DNA from: a virus
Lineage: Duplodnaviria; Caudoviricetes
DNA: 59,158 nucleotides
Virus record (IMG/VR): IMGVR_UViG_3300035683_000206
Span: 1 to 59,158 of that record
Strand: one strand, 5' to 3'
Shown: piece by piece, positions 56,301 to 59,158 of the stretch
Layout: every line of letters begins with the position of its first letter
Position numbering within the stretch: the first letter of the stretch is position 1
Notes under the pieces: model-generated
The model's database searches: none
What the model was told of the DNA's origin: nothing
What the model saw: the letters and a program-made list of their open reading frames with translations, nothing else
Translations under genes and position numbers: made by a program

Positions 56301-56685
56301 GCGGTGCAGGGACGTCGTGGAGGTGCACGAGGTGCTCCAGCTGGTGCGCGCGGCGCTGCTCCGGGACAGGGAGGGGCGGGGCGACCCCAACGCGGCCGCG
56401 TTCTGGGCGATCGACGGGCCGAAGCTCAACAACGCCGCCTTGGACCGCGAACTGCGCGAGCGCCTGGCCGGGGAGGACGGGCGCGCCCTGGAGGGCCACC
56501 GCGCCGGCGTAGGCAGCTACCGGACGCCACCCGGCACACGGGGGTGTCTCGCCCTGGTGCTCGCATCATCGAAGCGCACAGTCCACCTGCGCGACGCGAC
56601 GCTCCTGCTCTGGGTCCGCGCGGCGCTCGGGCTCGCGTGGGTGGGCACCTCCCCCGCGGCCGTGCACGCGGAGGCGGCCGCGTGA
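50380..56685 (+). CDS. Giant mosaic early protein (2101 aa)
   Basis: Uninterrupted ORF with AGGAGG RBS; HhH-like DGIGRKTAQGL..QFASVEDL; Zn fingers CEGCG and CVICGCTDSQACPEGCYWV. Confidence 0.8.
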   Translation: MMVQISTATLALLLERLPIVDIVRRREAELAESVPVIERLRVPAAVEAVAEELRTVRQDLDALATVAAGDGPSGPGPGARDPRQIDWVDLAGVPAPPRAEVDAAYAEREGGAAAELGPYVPERPAPGMWVRGAYAEPDAWYQVDQVREEEGYGLRLKVSSEWDRRQGFDANRWFVGVRLDGGAWISNLGERLAFLPAPDAEGQPDPAAIGREIQAQLRELPPERWREVVETADAALKAAEEDCRAARAQAAGLCEGCGGIPAAPAGASSACTCGTAFRTFEERFADGESLQEATTSFLADVEHELRELGRDDLVDQPAPPIPPTPELAARDRELLQILQDAAAQSPEFLAAKEEASPHVLRLALAAVRGRKRSERRVGKIEARLRALGELMEAPATAEAEEEAQPAAPLPVEPEEGPAMIDDRHAPAPYWVAERRPRIVPPYMPARGRLRQLCWLDGRRSPFVNQLPGRFNHLRAMQRPAPYWVAIRLDGDRGQVESTDGQVRVPMPRFDLAEEYAAAWNAESLRMPPRLPAAVSPLGAIRPRARGQRATKVPADRLVTYPALLELRLLHLEEAWVDLADTPHSSPRRGAARARVERLHRSLAVFCADHSIRTNRVFPELTRALGLPSLGKLIEQHLARPLPEPPRHEDLVGSAQTAPTGEPEEEVPQAWRQIVEDRNPGNLPHHLERVTLAGARTALRELLAQPKGMRARIQAVAKRVIELEQAGEVRPTFWVSGQRAPVSISGWTAKGGASGTAEDGLARPVADVVCAGWNAGMDVVEWNGLTFRRPTWARAPEVDDSASPAAESSTPAPEPAPELEHSVDPAAEVVLQDDEEEDAGADPFGKEPKPGHPPIAATVEWTDKYRGTRTGWVWEYMVAADRRRYARVTCLVGDIACTVGVRPAELRVVADPPAPLSSVVGKKEIDAAFRAWWTGGRSDAESYRPWWREGVRCAELGLPRPDRAGKGRVEGWDWRIAKHKEIEASAAAGASAQLTYTVNAWLQGHVDGIGRKTAQGLHGQFASVEDLVAADPARLTQALLESGLYSMEGSARKKAVIYHAAIQDAAERQGLVARPRPAGGGRRSTPGHVEVSAWLVERVPALISRDQAAALAGRWPHIAHLLEASAEEIAVAVVEAFCAPGSDARAWSEDVHAAIQKAARDAYQAFVGHVMAGASARDPGEAPAADAPAEPGPAWYVEEVDGRVEVVLAGTGVRWLVPEGFGAMERARSHAEEWTAIEATEPLPPCASCGACRPLVQELCDECHPDPFAHQVREGESRCVICGCTDSQACPEGCYWVSVDRDAQEGVCSTPACVAAGVERGLVHPEHAAAEEGGETPGREGWEDTPGVAWRPAADQDPVERAILRWGWYVTQVYHSSPVDGGWERRLRPGVRELIASIDSFESYQAVHKAHGWGGSTPDGFARLVEELAAAGEAVGAATTHASEPEPSSGGRAAPAPEPSPTAPARFYAPPGSRWGDPDRTRLERNTVTAEDRPTLLLELERHLAGKRQSTKYVADFRRGADTVTRYGPPPELEGEPEAFLDGVAWARARAFVYYRSYASMHRPPTPEETSVLDGHGIMTGYYKIRDRIVAPVEVAQARADCLLMQVLWEHSDDFYARMYETRARLKLVPDALLGQWIADAMGEPGEHGLVLPFGRITYQGWKPGQARTDTPEPWAEVIRGERIKGPQLLSWVRRITGIHAPTAETNPADIYSPPVIAAETLPVATPAREADQLQAHEQLGASGRDTPSADDLTIAALGGEVPPDSAARERDVTEQGPHRFFIREAADDPEERELVDRTDGRVLTTARWMEAWGAALRINGLAPDPEGLLEKHGIAPVAAAHAPASLTAEVPVEQLGEEEDARAEPAERHALVASAKDEAAEVYINLKFRELFVRGARAWADGKSYPADGYPQLQAGFRWGARWCAADRATRAAIEEDLRASAAPAPPPAPAPAEPEGDILTIEYAAQVMGEMETRCRDVVEVHEVLQLVRAALLRDREGRGDPNAAAFWAIDGPKLNNAALDRELRERLAGEDGRALEGHRAGVGSYRTPPGTRGCLALVLASSKRTVHLRDATLLLWVRAALGLAWVGTSPAAVHAEAAA

Positions 56686-57299
56686 GCGCCGGGGCGCAGG
56701 TCCCCGGCACGCTCGATTGCCCGGCGGATGGCTGCATGCGCGAGATCGGCCCGTTCCCGCCGCTCTGTCGGGAGCACTGGCATCAGGTGCCGATCGGGAT
56801 TCGCGATCGCATCTACCAGCTGTGGCGCCGGAGCGGGCAGACGGGTCACCTCAACCACCAGTACTATGCCCAGGTCCGCCTCGCCGTCGGTGCGGTCGCG
56901 CGGCTGAAGCGGGGCCGGAAGAGCGCGCCTTCCATCGTGGACTCCACCGCCGCACGGATCTACGTGCGGCTCCACGCAGAGTACAGGCGCGACGAGTGGT
57001 GCTTCGTGCGCACGGGCGCCGGCGGTGGGCTGCTGCTCGCCTGGCGGGTCCGGGACTTCCGAGGCGCCGATCGGCGGCCGTGCGTGCTGCACCAGGTCAC
57101 AGTGACGCGCACCAGCGGCGGCCGGCTCACCGACGTCGACGTCTACCAGGTCGGCCGCGGCGTGCCCGGCGAGCTCCGCGAGGTGCGCCGGCGCCTGCTC
57201 CGCGGCGGGGCCGTGCTCCGGATCCACTACCGCCCCGTCGGCGAGGTGCCGGCGGGGGCATCCGTGCTGTCCACCCGCTCGATGGAGGCTTCCGCGTGA
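56682..57299 (+). CDS. Hypothetical protein with N-terminal Zn finger
   Basis: CPADGC...LCREHWHQVP; GTGA coupling. Confidence 0.7.
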   Translation: MSAGAQVPGTLDCPADGCMREIGPFPPLCREHWHQVPIGIRDRIYQLWRRSGQTGHLNHQYYAQVRLAVGAVARLKRGRKSAPSIVDSTAARIYVRLHAEYRRDEWCFVRTGAGGGLLLAWRVRDFRGADRRPCVLHQVTVTRTSGGRLTDVDVYQVGRGVPGELREVRRRLLRGGAVLRIHYRPVGEVPAGASVLSTRSMEASA

Positions 57300-57526
57300 C
57301 CACGGATCAGATCCCGCCCGCGGCCGCCGAGGCGAGCCCGGCCGTCCGCATGCCGCGGCGCCTGGAGCAGATGGGCTGCGGCCGCCACCGTTTCGTGGTC
57401 ACGGCGGGCGAGGGCCCGGACCGCGTCTTCGCCTGCGTCGACTGTCCGCTCAAGGCGTACCCGGGGCAGCTTTTCCACGGGGAGGTAGCCGACTGGTACG
57501 ACAGCCTCCCCGCGGCCCGCGCGTGA
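57296..57526 (+). CDS. Small hypothetical protein
   Basis: C..H...CVDC; coupled at both ends. Confidence 0.6.
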   Translation: MTTDQIPPAAAEASPAVRMPRRLEQMGCGRHRFVVTAGEGPDRVFACVDCPLKAYPGQLFHGEVADWYDSLPAARA

Positions 57527-57693
57527 GCAGCGGCGTGCGGGAGCTGGTGGGGCTGCTGGTGGCCGGCGGGGCGCTCGCCGCCGGCGCCGCGATCATCCGG
57601 GTGCGCATCCGCGCCACCCGGCGGCCGCCGCGCGCCACCGACCTGGTGGTGGTGCGCGGCGGCAAGAACCTGGAGGGGAGGAGGGTCGGATGA
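57523..57693 (+). CDS. Small membrane protein (56 aa, absent from the ORF track)
   Basis: GTGA and ATGA coupling; LVGLLVAGGALAAGAAII hydrophobic segment. Confidence 0.55.
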   Translation: MSSGVRELVGLLVAGGALAAGAAIIRVRIRATRRPPRATDLVVVRGGKNLEGRRVG

Positions 57694-58010
57694 GCGCGAA
57701 GCCGAAGCCGGTGACGGATGGCGAAGGGGGGAGCGCCCCACTCTACCCGCACAAGCCGCCCGTGGAACCGACGGCCGCGTACACGCTCGCGGAGGCGGCC
57801 GTCATCCTCTGCATGTACGGCAAGGATGCAGAGAAGCGCGTCGCGCAGATCGCCGACGAGCTCCTCCCGAAGACGAGAGTCGGTCCCAACCTGGGCCGCG
57901 TCACGGTGCGCGGCATCGACCTGTTGCGGTACCTGAACAACAACCGCGAGATCAACGGCCGCCCGGCCCCGCTGACCGACACGGACTTCCGCCTGGAGGC
58001 CGTGCCTTGA
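57690..58010 (+). CDS. xis: Excisionase-like HTH protein
   Basis: YTLAEAAVIL...RVTVRGIDLLRYL; coupled to the integrase. Confidence 0.65.
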   Translation: MSAKPKPVTDGEGGSAPLYPHKPPVEPTAAYTLAEAAVILCMYGKDAEKRVAQIADELLPKTRVGPNLGRVTVRGIDLLRYLNNNREINGRPAPLTDTDFRLEAVP

Positions 58011-59158
58011 CGTTCCGGAAGAAAGATCGGCCGACCTGGTACACGTGGCCGGAGCTGCCGGGCTTCGGCCGCGTGGGGCCGTGGTCGACCGGCGTGCCGA
58101 AGAAGAAGTCCAAGAAGGAGGCCGACCGGGTCGAGGAGAAGCTCAAGGAGCTCGCGCGCACGCGCCCGGAACTGGTCCAGGGTGTGGTGCAGGGCAAGTA
58201 CACGCTGCGCGCGCTCTACGTGGCCACGCTGATGAAGCGCGAGGACCACCTCCTGAAGCACGCGACCGACCCGCTGCTGAAAGACGTCGTCGAGCGCTTC
58301 AAGCCGCTCGTGACGGACCGCCGGTACAAGGAGGGGCTCAACGACCTGCTCCGCCTGGCTCCCAAGAACGCGCGCCTCAGCCATATCGCGGCGCTTCCGG
58401 ATCCCCTGCGCCCGGGGGCGGAGACCGGGGCCAAGAACATCACAACGATGATCGGCCGCCTGAAGGAGGAGGGGCAGAAGCCGAACTCCATCTTCCGCGG
58501 CTTCTACATGGGCGTCTCCAAGCTCCTCCTCCACGAAGTGGGCAAGGACACGCGCCGGACGATCATGGGGGATGTCGAGACCCCGCACGAGGACGACCGG
58601 CGGGAGGTCGACCTCACCCAGGCGGAGGTGGAGGTCCTCCTGGGCGCCTGCGGAGAGCCGCTCTACCCGATCGTGGTCTTCGCGATGATGACGGGGTGGG
58701 ACCGCGGCCCGATCTCGCGGGCGCTCGGGCGCGACTTCGACCCGAGCGACGACAGCATGGACATCCGCGACACGAAGAACGAGGCGCGCCGGAAGCGGGA
58801 GGTCCTCTCCGACGTCGCGGCCGCGGTCGTCCGCGCCCAGATGGAGGGCAAGGGCCCGGACGACCGGGTGTTCGACCTCACGTACAACCAGATCGGCCAC
58901 CACTGGGTCAAGGCGCGCGAGGCTGCGGGGCTTCCGCAGCTGCGCTTCAAGGACCTGCGGCACGTCGCCGGCGACGCGGCCGCCGCGGTGATGTCCCAGC
59001 GCGAGCTGCAGGACTTCTTCCGGCACCGCACAGGAGAGATGTCGCTCCGCTACCTGTCCAGGAAGCCCGCGCTGCGGAAGGAGAAGCTCAACCAGATGAC
59101 CGACGGGCTGGGTCTCGGCCGGGCGCACCTTCGCGCGCGAAAGGGCGGGCAGGCATGA
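58007..59158 (+). CDS. int: Tyrosine recombinase / integrase
   Basis: MTGWDRG, DTKN, RFKDLRH, FRHRT, SLRY. Confidence 0.88.
   Translation: MTFRKKDRPTWYTWPELPGFGRVGPWSTGVPKKKSKKEADRVEEKLKELARTRPELVQGVVQGKYTLRALYVATLMKREDHLLKHATDPLLKDVVERFKPLVTDRRYKEGLNDLLRLAPKNARLSHIAALPDPLRPGAETGAKNITTMIGRLKEEGQKPNSIFRGFYMGVSKLLLHEVGKDTRRTIMGDVETPHEDDRREVDLTQAEVEVLLGACGEPLYPIVVFAMMTGWDRGPISRALGRDFDPSDDSMDIRDTKNEARRKREVLSDVAAAVVRAQMEGKGPDDRVFDLTYNQIGHHWVKAREAAGLPQLRFKDLRHVAGDAAAAVMSQRELQDFFRHRTGEMSLRYLSRKPALRKEKLNQMTDGLGLGRAHLRARKGGQA

Larger units (their letters stand above)
1..59158. mobile_element. Temperate siphovirus-like phage/prophage (entire window)
   Basis: Terminase, portal, capsid, tail, tape measure, repressor/cro switch, xis and integrase in lambdoid modular order; no host housekeeping genes. 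Confidence 0.96.

Noticed and set aside
1-59158. tRNA/rRNA genes and att sites
   Set aside because: None recognised by eye; the window is cut at CDS boundaries, so att sites cannot be assessed

Overview
The whole window is one GC-rich temperate siphovirus-like (pro)phage, trimmed at the first gene (5'-3' exonuclease) and the last gene (tyrosine integrase); no att sites or host genes are visible. A Gemmatimonadota/Longimicrobium-like diderm host is my impression only. Layout: DNA metabolism and replication (1-8.1 kb: exonuclease, Dam-like MTase, HerA-like ATPase, HTH initiator with an internal iteron origin). Packaging and head (8.8-21 kb, with a stand-alone JAB protease). Tail (21-25.5 kb and 32-39.6 kb, with a -1 frameshift chaperone and a duplicated-domain tube protein). 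A 6.4 kb self-regulated insertion splitting the tail operon (25.5-31.9 kb). Late accessory genes (HD-GYP phosphodiesterase, RuvC-like). Immunity region (43.6-47.1 kb). Early operon (47-59 kb: DdrB-like SSB, a 2101-aa mosaic protein, Xis, Int). Best candidate for an undescribed system: two convergent pairs of a TPR protein and a tiny lipoprotein, both lipoproteins ending in R-(D)-G-G-x-V-V-[GS]-S-G-N. One pair sits directly behind the CI-like repressor and its TPR is fused to a degenerate ImmA/IrrE-like domain, which suggests an arbitrium/RRNPP-like peptide signalling system in a diderm phage. All calls are by eye from motifs and synteny; no searches were run.
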